This document shows positions 25,713-37,100 of a DNA stretch of 64,000 nucleotides, one piece after another; within the stretch, counting starts at the first letter, position 1, and the number at the start of each line of letters is the position of its first letter. The notes beneath the pieces are model-generated. The model was not told the origin of the DNA and did no database searches. It saw nothing but the letters and a program-made list of their open reading frames with translations. The translations under genes were made by a program, and so were the position numbers. The DNA comes from Octopus sinensis (Eukaryota): the NCBI RefSeq assembly GCF_006345805.1, contig NC_043017.1, positions 23,064,001-23,128,000 of the forward strand, given 5' to 3'.

Positions 25713-28126
25713 GGCATTCAGTACTCTTTTAACCTTATTGTCTGGATTTCTGTTCTCTTTCTCTATCTCCCTTTCTCTCTCTTGAAAACAAAATTAGATG
25801 GCCACGGCAAGTATAATCTTTTACAATCTTTTACTTGTTTCAGTCATTTGACTGTGGCCATGCTGGAGCACCGCCTTTAAAATTATATTGTGACAGCAGT
25901 GGGATATCTAAATTGGTTTTAGAATATTTGTTTTCGACGCAGTAAAATGTATTTTTCGTAATATTTCTTTAATCACACCATTTACTTTTGCTGTACGAGA
26001 CGTTTCGGCGCAGCCTCTTTGACGCCATTGATTCGACGCTTAGCTTATTTCACATCAGACGTTTTGTTTCTCTCATTCCCTGTACCCACCCCTCCAATTC
26101 TCTAGTTCTGCGCGCATGCATATTTGCCTCTATTGCCAAAAAGCACTGTTGCCAACCACACACGTCGCTAAGGGGTGGGGTGCACTTGACGACACCGCAC
26201 CTCACCCCCTACTATTCAATGATTGCACCCGCAGATTTACAGTGATACCCTTATTTCGAAACTCCACTTGAGCATTATTACAAATCAGTGCCCACCCAGA
26301 ACATTTTGAAGCACTCCCAGACACCAAAGTCTGGCGACGGGCCTGACTCCTATATAGGCTCATTGTTCAGTGAACCGTTTCAGATCACCAGCGTCCAAAA
26401 CAGTCACACCCTCCATTCGTGACCATCTGTCCATTTCAGAAATCTGCCGAAACCTAGTATTATATAATTTGTCATTTGTTTCCAAGCTCATTAGCCTGAT
26501 TATAGGTTTTACTAATTTATATTATAACATTCACGAAAGTGGACGTTGATCTCAACGAGGTTTAACTAATTCTCTCGAGGAATTTAATGATTTTTCAATA
26601 TTAAATCACGATTCCCTCTTTAAACCATTGATGGCATTCCAGTTGCTCTCATTAGACATCTGCTTTTTCTATTCAAAGCGCTAACGCAGCTGCTGCTGGG
26701 ATAAACTACTGTTATTGCTTTGTCTTCAGGCCATAACTGCTGTTTCTCGTAGTCTGTACCTGGAACAGCTGTTACTGCAGTTTTGCGAATCTATAATGCA
26801 ACTGCGATTTTGGAAATCCATATTGCGATTGCAAAGTTCTCACTCTATTTTCTGCTTTCCACTCATTCAAAAAAATATTCAACATCACTTCAGTGACGAA
26901 GCAAAAGTGTGTGCCGCCCCTTCAACCCAGACCTTCAAACCTATACAGGTTTAACTCTAGTAACGTATACAGGTTTAACTTCAGTGACGTATGCTAGTGC
27001 CTACAACTCTTCCATAACCTTTTAATCACAGAAGAGTTACTTAAGAAAACAAAACGACTGATCTAGAGCAATCACAAGTTACGACGGGATGATCGTAACT
27101 TTTGATCAGCAGCGTCGATAGCAGTGGGATGTTAGGTGTGGTCCGCCTTGGCGTCGCTTTACAAGGGCGATCCTTTTCGATCTACTAAATAAGCCTGAAC
27201 AGGATTGGGGTCTCGGGGGAAGTCGGTAAATTCTAAAGTTAGATGTTGTGTCGCACAACATCTAACTACGCCTCTACTTTTGATCTTTTGATTCACTGAA
27301 CAGACAAGCCAACTAGGGAGCCTCTACAAGGTCGTTCTCTTTGCTAAAAATAGCAACTAAATCTCCCTCAAATCTTCCAAACATGTAAATCTCCAAAACA
27401 AACTGATGGCGACAGTTGGGATAGATCTGCTCGACAGATGACCTGTGGCTAAACGCCAACAACAACCATATGTGGACAAATATTTCTCACTAAGCTTTCT
27501 ATATCGATCTCATTGCTATGTAGAAAGTTTACCGTCTGACTTTCATTTCAAAGTCAGAATGCTGAAATTGATTTTCTTTTCTCTACATTGTTGGTGACCT
27601 ACGTTGATGGTTAATATTCACATTGCTCACTTATTGGGTCGAACTGTTCTTTCAAAGTGTGTGTGTGTGTGTGTGTGTGTGTTTGTTTTTTGCAGTCGTC
27701 CACTTCGTTCAAAGGCATCAATTGTAATGATCTCACAAAATCTCTGAGGAGCTGTGAAGGTCAACCGTTTCTGTTTTTAATCCGAGCTCAGACAACAATA
27801 ACATACAATAATATCGATGATTTCTTTATGTGCTACAAGGGAGACGGTTGAAGGTGGAATACAGGGAGCAACTTACAAAACGTTGTGGGTGGTTTACACA
27901 AAATCTACCATGATGTAAAATAATAAAAAAAAGTGTTGTTCAGACAAAATGATCAAAACACCATTTTAATTCCGTTTAACCATCATCAAAACTCTGACCA
28001 ATTACAAATAAATTTGTATTTATTTTGCAGTTTTGCATCCCAAGTGGAAATCAAGTTGTATCAATCAAGAAAGTTCCCAATTCGGAATCGAAATCCCTTT
28101 TTGAACGTAGGACCCCTACTTACGAT

Positions 28127-28445
28127 ATGGGTTGTATTCACTCACGCACAGAAACCATCTCCGCGGTGCCTTCCAAGGACAAGACGAAAAAAGATACCAA
28201 AGTTTCACCTGCAAAACAAAAGAAGGAACTCGAAGACTCAGCTTTGAAAGCCCATAACCGTTACCGTGCCAAACACGGTGTGCCAACCTTGAAGATGTCT
28301 AAAGATCTGTGTGAGATGGCCCAGAAGTGGGCCGATCATCTGGCTTCCATTAAGACCTTAAAACACAGTCCTTGCAAGCTGAACGGAGAAAGTGTTGGTG
28401 AGAATGTCGCTTACAAATGGACATCCGATGGGGAAGTTCTGACAG
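28127..28445 (+). CDS. GLIPR2: GLIPR2-like coding exon 1 (exon begins at acceptor 28030/28031)
   Basis: MGCIHS...ALKAHNRYRAKHGVPTL...LKHS...GENVAYKWTSDGEVLT-G; donor gtcagt at 28446. Confidence 0.9.
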
Positions 28446-31400
28446 GTCAGTGTTTGCTATTTTGCCTTTACTTGTCTTTTTTTTTTTAAGTCCAAAAGTT
28501 AGGAGAATCAGAGCCCTTGACCAATGGAGTGAGGGAGCTTAGGGATAAATAAAAACAGTCTATGATTAAGATTGTATGATAAAATAAGTTCACATGGCGG
28601 TGCCCCAGCATGGCCACAGCTCGTGAGCTGAAACTAGATAAAATAAAAAATTTTTTTTTAAATTGAAAAATCATCCAGATAAAGGGGTTTTATGAACATA
28701 TTCTCTCTAAAATATTTCCATTAATCCATTACAGCTCTTCATGGTGGTGTGGGATTGAATTTGGAACCATGTGGTTGGGAAGCAAACTTCTTACCATGCA
28801 TCCATACCTGTGTGGTAATAAGTTTGTAGGGGAAACTATGGGGATGTTGCATTTCATCTTGTTTCAGTTCAGCTGTATAAATGTTTATATTTTGGTCAAG
28901 AGAATTCCCACACCGGATGTAAAACTCATTCTTCTGGTTGTGATGTTTTGTGTTACCACAATCAACCACCAGGGTGGAGCACCATTGTTCTGGTTTTGCT
29001 GTCATCCACTCATTGCAAATAATTGACAGATGGATGAAAGTTTAAGCTTCTTTTCAGCTTTCAAGGAGGGTTTTTCATTTAGATAATTTTTAAAAATGTC
29101 TCTTAAAGGTAACACAGCCATTAAATAATATGTCATATATCAGTTGTAGGTTTTGCATACTGACGAAGGATGTATAATGAGATGATGTGACCCCTCCATA
29201 TAAATGTCAATGTATTGTAAGCAATTTCATGTTGTGCTTGTGCCCAGAAACTATATTTTGACTTGTTTTCTTTATTTTAATATTAAGAATTATTGCACTT
29301 AGTGAACCTATGCTTGTTTAGTTCCCTAACTTACAATATTTGGTCCCTTGTCTGTAATACGGCATTAGATGCAGGGCAATTTTTTGATACATTTAAAAAT
29401 AAACAGAAATCATCATCATTGTTTTGACCGTGGTCGAGACAATGGAATTTACCATGCTACGCCAGACTTCACAGTCCATCATAGCATTACGGAGGTCCTG
29501 TTGCTGGATACCTGTATCCCTGGACATTACATCAGGGTAGGAGAGTGTGCGCCCTCTCGTATTGCGAGTAGATGGCTTCCAGAGGAGAAGAGTAGAAATT
29601 GCCTCGTTTTCAGCTTTACAACAATGTCCAGCAAACTGGACTCTTCTACCTTTCACAAGAGATGACACAGGTGGTTTCCCATATATTTGCATTTTGGTTG
29701 GATGACGCTTCCACGAGAGATTTTGAGCTCTCATAAGGAGGCGAGTGTAGGTTCCATCCAACCGCCTCTCAAGCTTCTTTGATAACATCTAGGTTTCTGA
29801 GCCATATAGTAGAATTGGTTCGACTGTGGCTTTGAAGATTTCAAGTTTGAAGTCTCTACTTAGATTTGATGACTAGATCTTATGCATGTCATTACAGGCT
29901 GACCAGGCCATACCCTTTCTAGTTAGAAAATCTTTTCCAGATGATGATATGTATGACCCAAGATATTTGTAATCAGAAACTATATTTAAGGGCGCATTGT
30001 TGAGAGTATGGATGATGCAATCACTGTTGGACAGGCACTCGTTTATATATTCAGTCTTGGCCTCATTGAGGAAAAGACCTACACAATTTGAGGCTTGTTC
30101 GAGAGATTGTAAAAGAGACTGGGCATTGGAGAATCACTGATAAGAGCAATGTCGTCAGCAAAGTCAGTGTCTGTCAAGTATTCAGCTGGGTGTCTGGAAC
30201 TTCTTCTTGGTTTTATTTCAAAGCCCTTGCCAGAAATGGTATCAACTGACATACGTAGCACATAGTCAACGACAATGATGAAGAGAAATGGGGCAAGTGT
30301 GTCTCCCTGCAGTATTCCGGCTTTGATTGAGAAAGATGATGTTTCTCCGTCAGGGGTTAAGATGGTTGAAGACGTATCTGTGTAGAGTACCTTGATGGCA
30401 GAAATGATTTTGTCTGGTATCCCATAGAGCTTAAAGATTTCAAACATCTTGTATCTATCTACAGTCGAACGCTTTAGAAAAGTCTACAAACACCATTGCA
30501 AGATCGCGATTAAATGCTTTTGATTCTTCAATAAGTCAGCGTAGGCATGGTATCTGGCTCAGAAAAGCACATCTTATACACCAGCAAATATATTAATAAA
30601 TGTCTGCATTAAAATCAATGTTGAAAATAATTTTTCTCTAATTTCTTCTTCAGGTCAAAATGCTACAGACAATTGGTACGATGAAATAAAATCCTATAAT
30701 TTTGATCAAGGTGGAATGTCTTCTGGCACAGGTAGGACACCTTTCTTTTAATTAATATATTGTTTCCTTCCTTAGAGGCACAAAGGCTTCAGATTTTATG
30801 GGGTGTTGTACAGTTGATTATATCAATATTTGACTGGTATTTCTATTTTATTGACTCTAAAAAGGATAAAAGACAAAGATACCCTTGGTCAGATTTGAAT
30901 GTGGGTGCTACAAGGCCCTAATATTTAAGGGTTGGGTATATAGTTGATTATTTATAGACCCATCCCACCACCTCAATTACTTTGATTTTGTTACTCAAAA
31001 CTCTGCCAACTTTCCAACAAAAGTGAAAGACTTGAGTTTTGAGAGAAACAAGAGGCACAGTCACATCCTGCAGATTGTAGTAGATGGGGATTCAGCCATA
31101 ATTTCCTCATCGAGTCTCCATATTCTTTTACTTGTTTCAGTCATATGACTTCAGCCATGCTGGAGCACCACCTTTAGTCAAACAAATCGACCCCAGGACT
31201 TATTCTTTGTAAGCCTAGTACTTATTCTATTGGTCTCTTTTGCCGAACCGCTAAGTTACAGGGATGTAAACACGCTATCGGTTGTTAAGTTATGGTGGGT
31301 TCACAAACACAGACACACACACACACATATATATATATATAAAAATATAAGCTTCTTTCAGTTTCCATCTACCAAATCCACTCACAAGGCTTTGGTTGGC

Positions 31401-33558
31401 CTGATGCTATAGAAGACACTTACCCATGGTGCCATGCAGTGGGACTGAACCCAGAACCATGTGGTTGGTAAGCAAGCTTCTTACCACAGCCATTCCTGTA
31501 TATATATCTGAGATGATTTAGAGGAATCAACTCCATTTCTTGATTGGTACTTTATCAGCCCTGGGAGGAAAAGAGGTAATGTTGACCTAGGTGGGATTTG
31601 AACCACTAGGTTACAGGGATGTAAACACACTGTTGGTTGTCAAGTGATGGTGGGGTGACAAACACAGACACACAAATACAAACACACACACACATATATA
31701 AATATGACAGGCTTCTTTCAGTTTCCATCTACCAAATCCACTCACAAGGCTTTGGTCGGCCCAATGCTATAGAAGACACTTACCCATGGTGCCATGCAGT
31801 GAAACTGAACCCGGAACTATGTGGTTGGTAAACAAGCTTCTTACCACACAGCCATTCCTGTGCCTATATCTGAGATAATTTAGAGGAATCAACTCCATTT
31901 CTTGATTGGTACTTTATCAGCCCTGGGAGGAAAAGAGGTAATGTTGACCTAGGTGGGATCTGAATTAAGAATGTAAACAGTCAGAGCTAAACACTGCAGG
32001 CATTTCGCTTGATGTAAAGACAATTTTACTGACCAAACTGCTTGTAGAGATTTCAACTTTTTATAAATAGCAAAGACATATTTAAAAGTTTATATTTCTA
32101 TAATCTACACGTGTTTTCTCCCCCCCCCACACACACGTGTATATACATATATGCAAGTTGATATATTTATGTTGTTTAGCCCCAAGTTACCCCTGTAGAA
32201 ACAGACCTACGATCAGTCACTTGGTTTTGTATCCCAGGTAGAGTCCATCTTAGGCTATATATAAATTGCAATGTATGTATAATCTACAGGTTTGCTTCTC
32301 CAAGTAGAGAAGTGCATGAATGTGTGTGGTGGTGGTGGGGGTTATGTAGCTATGGTAGCGAGAGGTAGGGGGTTGGAATGTGAGTGGCCTATTAATCTTA
32401 ATTTATTTTCATTGATTTCGTCACACATACACAGAATAGAAGCAAAAGTGGGTCACAGCCATGACATTTTATTCACCACCATTGCATGGAACCAATGAAA
32501 CATTGATTGGAATTTAGAACTTTAAGGAGATAAACCACAGGATTAAATAGATTATCTAAGCTCAATAAGGTCCTAGGTAACTGACAAAAGGCAGTGCTCC
32601 AGCATGGCCACATTCAAATGACTGAAACAAGTAAAAGAGTAGAAGGGATATAAAGAATTTTTTTTAGTAACTCATTTGTACAGTTCTATACCCCCCACAC
32701 ACAGGTTTGCAATTACATGATTTCCACTTTAGAGACATCAGATCTTTTGGTTATGACATGCTGATTTGATGTCTCTAAAGTGTCAAATTTGATAAAATTG
32801 GCCAGAAAATGGATGTAAGGAATTTCTTTTAGTAACTCATTTGTGAATTGTCCCCTTTCTCTTATTGTGTACAAAATCAACAAGACACTACGCATGCCTC
32901 ACCAAAATATTACTATGCCCTACTGGTGGGGCATGTGCCCCATGTAGGGAATCACAGATTTAGAAGAACATAAGAAAACCATCCAAACGTGACCATAGCC
33001 AGTACCGCATCGACTGGCCTCCATGCTGTGGGCACGTAACAAACAATATCCGAGCGTGGCCGTTCGCCAGCCTCGTCTGGCACCTGTGTCGGTGGCACAT
33101 AAGAAAACACCATCCGAGTGTGGCCGTCTGCCAGCCTCGTCTGGCACCTGTGTTGGTGGCACATAAAATCACCCACTACACTCTCGGAGTGGTTGGCGTT
33201 AGGAAGGGCATCCAGCTGTAGAAACACTGCCAGATCTGACTGGCCTGGTGCAGCCTTCGAGCTTGCCAGACCCCAGTTGAACCGTCCAACCCATGCTAGC
33301 ATGGAAAGCGGACGTTAAACGATGATGATGATGATTTTTACAGAACACCTTCGGATGATTTTTTTTTTGAATTTATGATTACTAAAAGATTTTCTTTTTT
33401 CAGGTCATTTCACACAAGTGGTGTGGAAGGGCAGCAAGGAGTTGGGTATTGGCAGAGGCTGTGCTGAAGACGGCAGCTACTTTGTGGTGGCCAATTACAG
33501 ACCAGCCGGAAATGTACTTGGCAAGTTTGAGGACAATGTCTTCAGACCAAAGAAATGA
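28127..33558 (+). CDS. GLIPR2: Golgi-associated plant pathogenesis-related protein 1-like (CAP/SCP superfamily); join(28127..28445,30654..30731,33404..33558), 183 aa
   Basis: Exons of 319+78+155 nt join in phase 1/1 with GT-AG. CAP motifs HNRYR, LKHS, GENV, WYDE, GHFTQVVW, FVVANYRPAGNV. C-terminus NVFRPKK resembles human GAPR-1 NVLPPKK. Gly2 start, no signal peptide. Confidence 0.9.
29405..30555 (-). mobile_element. 5'-truncated, frameshifted RTE-clade LINE in GLIPR2 intron (antisense)
   Basis: RT motifs VFVDFSKAFD, GILQGDTLAPFLF, TDFADDIAL; C-terminal LDGTYTRLLMRAQNLSW...RRVQFAGHC...LLLWKP; 3' tail (ATG)n at ~29409-29419. Confidence 0.9.
30654..30731 (+). CDS. GLIPR2: GLIPR2-like coding exon 2
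   Basis: ttcttcttcag acceptor; (G)QNATDNWYDEIKSYNFDQGGMSSGT-G; donor gtagga. Too short for the ORF track. Confidence 0.9.
32966..33335 (+). mobile_element. SINE/non-autonomous retroelement, family C, with internal ~60-bp tandem units and (GAT)n tail
   Basis: GGTTGGCGTTAGGAAGGGCATCCAGCTGTAGAAAC...GCATGGAAAGCGGACGTTAAACGATGATGAT. Copies at 36460-36835, 40000-40397, 46110-46305, 48130-48330. Confidence 0.8.
33404..33558 (+). CDS. GLIPR2: GLIPR2-like coding exon 3 (terminal)
   Basis: ttttttcag acceptor; (G)HFTQVVWKGSKELGIGRGCAEDGSYFVVANYRPAGNVLGKFEDNVFRPKK*. Confidence 0.92.
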
Positions 33559-34066
33559 AAAGCATCTACATCATCTTCATATTAAATGTTTATGTATTAA
33601 TCTCATGTCTTCATATCAACATTCAATTTGAATCTAGCATTCCTGTAAATTTTCCTTTTGTTTTTAATAATCTTATGTAAATAATTAACTACTTATCGTC
33701 AGTTTTTCTCGCTTTTTCTTCTCTCTAACAATGACAACATCAACACTGAAACAGTATTACAAACACCAAGTTTTAAAAAAAAAGTTAAAGAATGATTTTC
33801 ATGCTTTTCCAAAAGGCATAAAAAGACAATTCACAACTGCTTTCTTTTTCTGTAAAAATTTGAGATTTGCATCAAAGGCTTCAGTAATTTTCAATAACAA
33901 AATTTATTAAATATTTTCCAGATATATATATATTTACAAGTATAATACATATCTACATATACGTAAAAAAAAAAAAAAGTTACAATGACGGTAATCTGGG
34001 ATGAAACATTGTATTAACTGGTGAAATAAAATTAATTGTTCTATGGTCAAACCTATCTTCAACTTC

Positions 34067-34104
34067 TTATTCTGACTGTGGCTGCAACTTCTTAGTTCCA
34101 ACAG
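34067..34104 (-). CDS. FAN1: FAN1 exon 15 (terminal)
   Basis: ttttttttacag acceptor; (P)[11 protein letters not shown]; phase matches exon 14. Confidence 0.85.
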
Positions 34105-37100
34105 CTGTAAAAAAAGGTATGCAAAATAAAATTTTAGTAAACACAGACGGTCTCTATGTGACTTTTAGCTTTATCATACTAACTTCAGCAGGAATCATTA
34201 ATATATAAACATATTGTAAGGGGGTTTCAATAGGCTTGTCTAATAATCCATATTATTAATCTATATTAAAACAGAAACAGCATGAATTATATCCGTATCT
34301 TCGATTTTTTTTTTTTCTGTCCATTAAACAACCACACACTTGTCTTAACTATCCCAATGCAGTACTTGAGGTTTCAAGTACACTAAACATAGATATTAAG
34401 ATTAACAATCCTTTTTCCTAGTTTCGGTTATTGACTGCAACCATGCTGAAGTAGCACGACCTCTCTTTGTAGAGGAAGGTGTCGATGCATATCGACTCAA
34501 GTACTCAGCCATTCCGTAATGAAACAATATCACAAGCCATCCTGAGTTATCTCCCTTTACATCCTGAGTTACCTCCCTTTACATATGCAGCAGTCTTTAA
34601 ATACCACAAGCCATCTTGAGTTACCTCCCTTCACTCTATTCAAACTATTTCTACCCGTAATTAGGTTTCTGCAGTCAGCATGATTGCCACGAGTGTGGTT
34701 AGAAACCCTGAACGTCAGTTGTGAAACGTACAACCTATGCCAGCATGGACAACGGACGTTAGATGACGACTCTGAAATAATAAAAGTAAGGTTTTCGCTT
34801 ACGTTTTATGTGACTGACTTCGGCATCAACTCCTAATTTGATGAGATAATCCAACCACAACATTTGTTTGGTAGACAAACGGTCACCAGGGCCTTTGACT
34901 TCGGAGATCTGTAAATAAGAATATTAACATTTAGATTAGCAATCACTAACACATTTCGTAATAGCTGTGTGGGTTAAGCTTCCATCCCAGCCATGTGGTT
35001 CTAGGTTCAAGTCACCTTGTATGTGTGTATTCTTCTGGTAGCCCCGGGGCAACCAAAAGCTTGGTAGATATAAAATCCGTGTCAATGTATACCATTGCCT
35101 AGACAGCACGTGATGGTTGTAAATGAGCATCATCGTCATACAAGCGAGATTATTCGTTTTTGTGTGTTTCGTAAAGACTGATTTAGTTATGGCGACAGGA
35201 AGGGGATCCGACCGTAGAAAATGTGCCTTAACAGATACCGTCTGACACCATGCAAACATGTAAAAGTAGAGACATGAAATGATTTAGAGAGGCAACTGAG
35301 AAATACCCACTTACTGAATGAAACCAATATATAAACACAAGGGTTAGTTCGTTTGTGTCTGGGGAAGAGTCATTTTCTTTTTGTGTCTTATTATTTAAAA
35401 CACTCACCAGTAAAATTTCTACTTATTTCTATTTTCCTACAATGTTCGTTGCGTCTTGCAGCCTTTTCAATAGTCTCGACTCAAAACTATTGAAAAAGTT
35501 GCGAAACGCAACGAAAATTTTAGGAAAATAAAAACAAGTGGAAATTTTACCGGTGAGTTAGTTAAATAAGGCACAAAAAGAAAATGACTCTCCCAAGACA
35601 CAACAGAACACGAGTTGTTTCCCTTTAATTTCTGCATACGGACAATTATGTTGATTATTTTTGGGGAAACTGCCCAACAGAAAGTTCAGATCTTGTAGAA
35701 CACTTTGTGTTGTATTTAGGAGCATGGCACTAAAATCCTGTTCGTTTTAATTGTCCGGATGAACAAAGATAACCATGATGAAGGAGTGGAGTTCGTTTAA
35801 GTGGTTAACAATAGAAAATACATCACCTGTTCCAACAATAGAACCATCCTAAGACTGTTTATTGTTGGATGTACGAAGGCAGTACTGTACCTCTTCATTT
35901 AGCCGATGGGTTAAGCGTCGCTGTTTTTTATGTTTTGTTTTTTTTTAGTACTTAGAAGAATTCCTTTTTTTATTTTAGTACTTAGAAAAATTATAAATGA
36001 TGAGAAAGGATGAAAGGCAAAGTCGACCTCAGCGGAATTTGAACTCAGAACGTAATGGCAGACGAAATATGGCTACGCCCGCCTTTTCTAATAGCCTAAC
36101 ACAAGCAAGCATGAAACACAGATGTTAAATGAAGTCAAACAACATACAAGTACAAGCAATACATATAAGCTATGGATCAAGTAGATGTGGGTTCAGTTCC
36201 TACTAGGAACTACACGCGTTCTCTTTTATCTCATTTGTTTAAAGGTGTGTGGCTAAGAGGTTAGGATAGTTGGCTCAAGGTCGTGAGTTCAATTCCTGGC
36301 AGCATGTGTCCTTGAGCAAGACACTTTATTTTTTTCTTGCTGCAGCAGTCCTGAGCTGGCAAAACCAAGAAGGAAAGACAAGTTGCAGCATTCTTGCTTT
36401 TCCAAGAATATTATCAGAACTCCAAATTAAACAAAAATTAGAACGCTAAACTAGATATAAGGTGTACAAGGCTTTGGCTTCTGTGCTGGTGGCACATAAA
36501 AAGCACCATTCAAACGTGATCGTTACCAGCATCGCCTTACTGGCAGTTGTGCCGGTGGCACATGAAAAACACTTGAGCGAGGTCATTGCCAGTGCCGCTG
36601 GACTGGCTCCTGTGCAGGTGGCACGTAAAAAACACCACTTAAGCGTGGCTTTTGCCAGTGGCACATAAAAGCACCCACTACACTCTCGGAGTGGTTGGTG
36701 TTAGGAAAGGCATCCAGCTGTAGAAACTCTGCCAGATCAGATTGGGGCCTGGTGCAGCCATCTGGTTCGCCAATCCTCAGACAAATCGTCCAACCCATGC
36801 CAGCATGGAAAGCGGACGTATGATGATGATGATGAAATAGTTTAACAATAACATAGAAAAAAAAATCTATGAAATATCAAAGTTAGAAAACAATGAAAGA
36901 GATCAAACAGAAAGAAATCAATGAAGTCTAACTGTTCAATAGATTGCTATAGAACAGTTAATGGGAACATAAATATCCAATTTAATGGAGATCAATATTG
37001 TTAAAAGAGAAACAATAAAATGTACAGTTGTTGTTTTTAGCCCAAGTGAAGCCCTGATTGAGTAGACTCATGATGAAAGGCATTCCAACCACCACCACCA

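Noticed and set aside
27933-28247. 104-aa ORF overlapping GLIPR2 exon 1 in another frame
   Set aside because: Begins in the intron at a non-ATG codon; no independent support.
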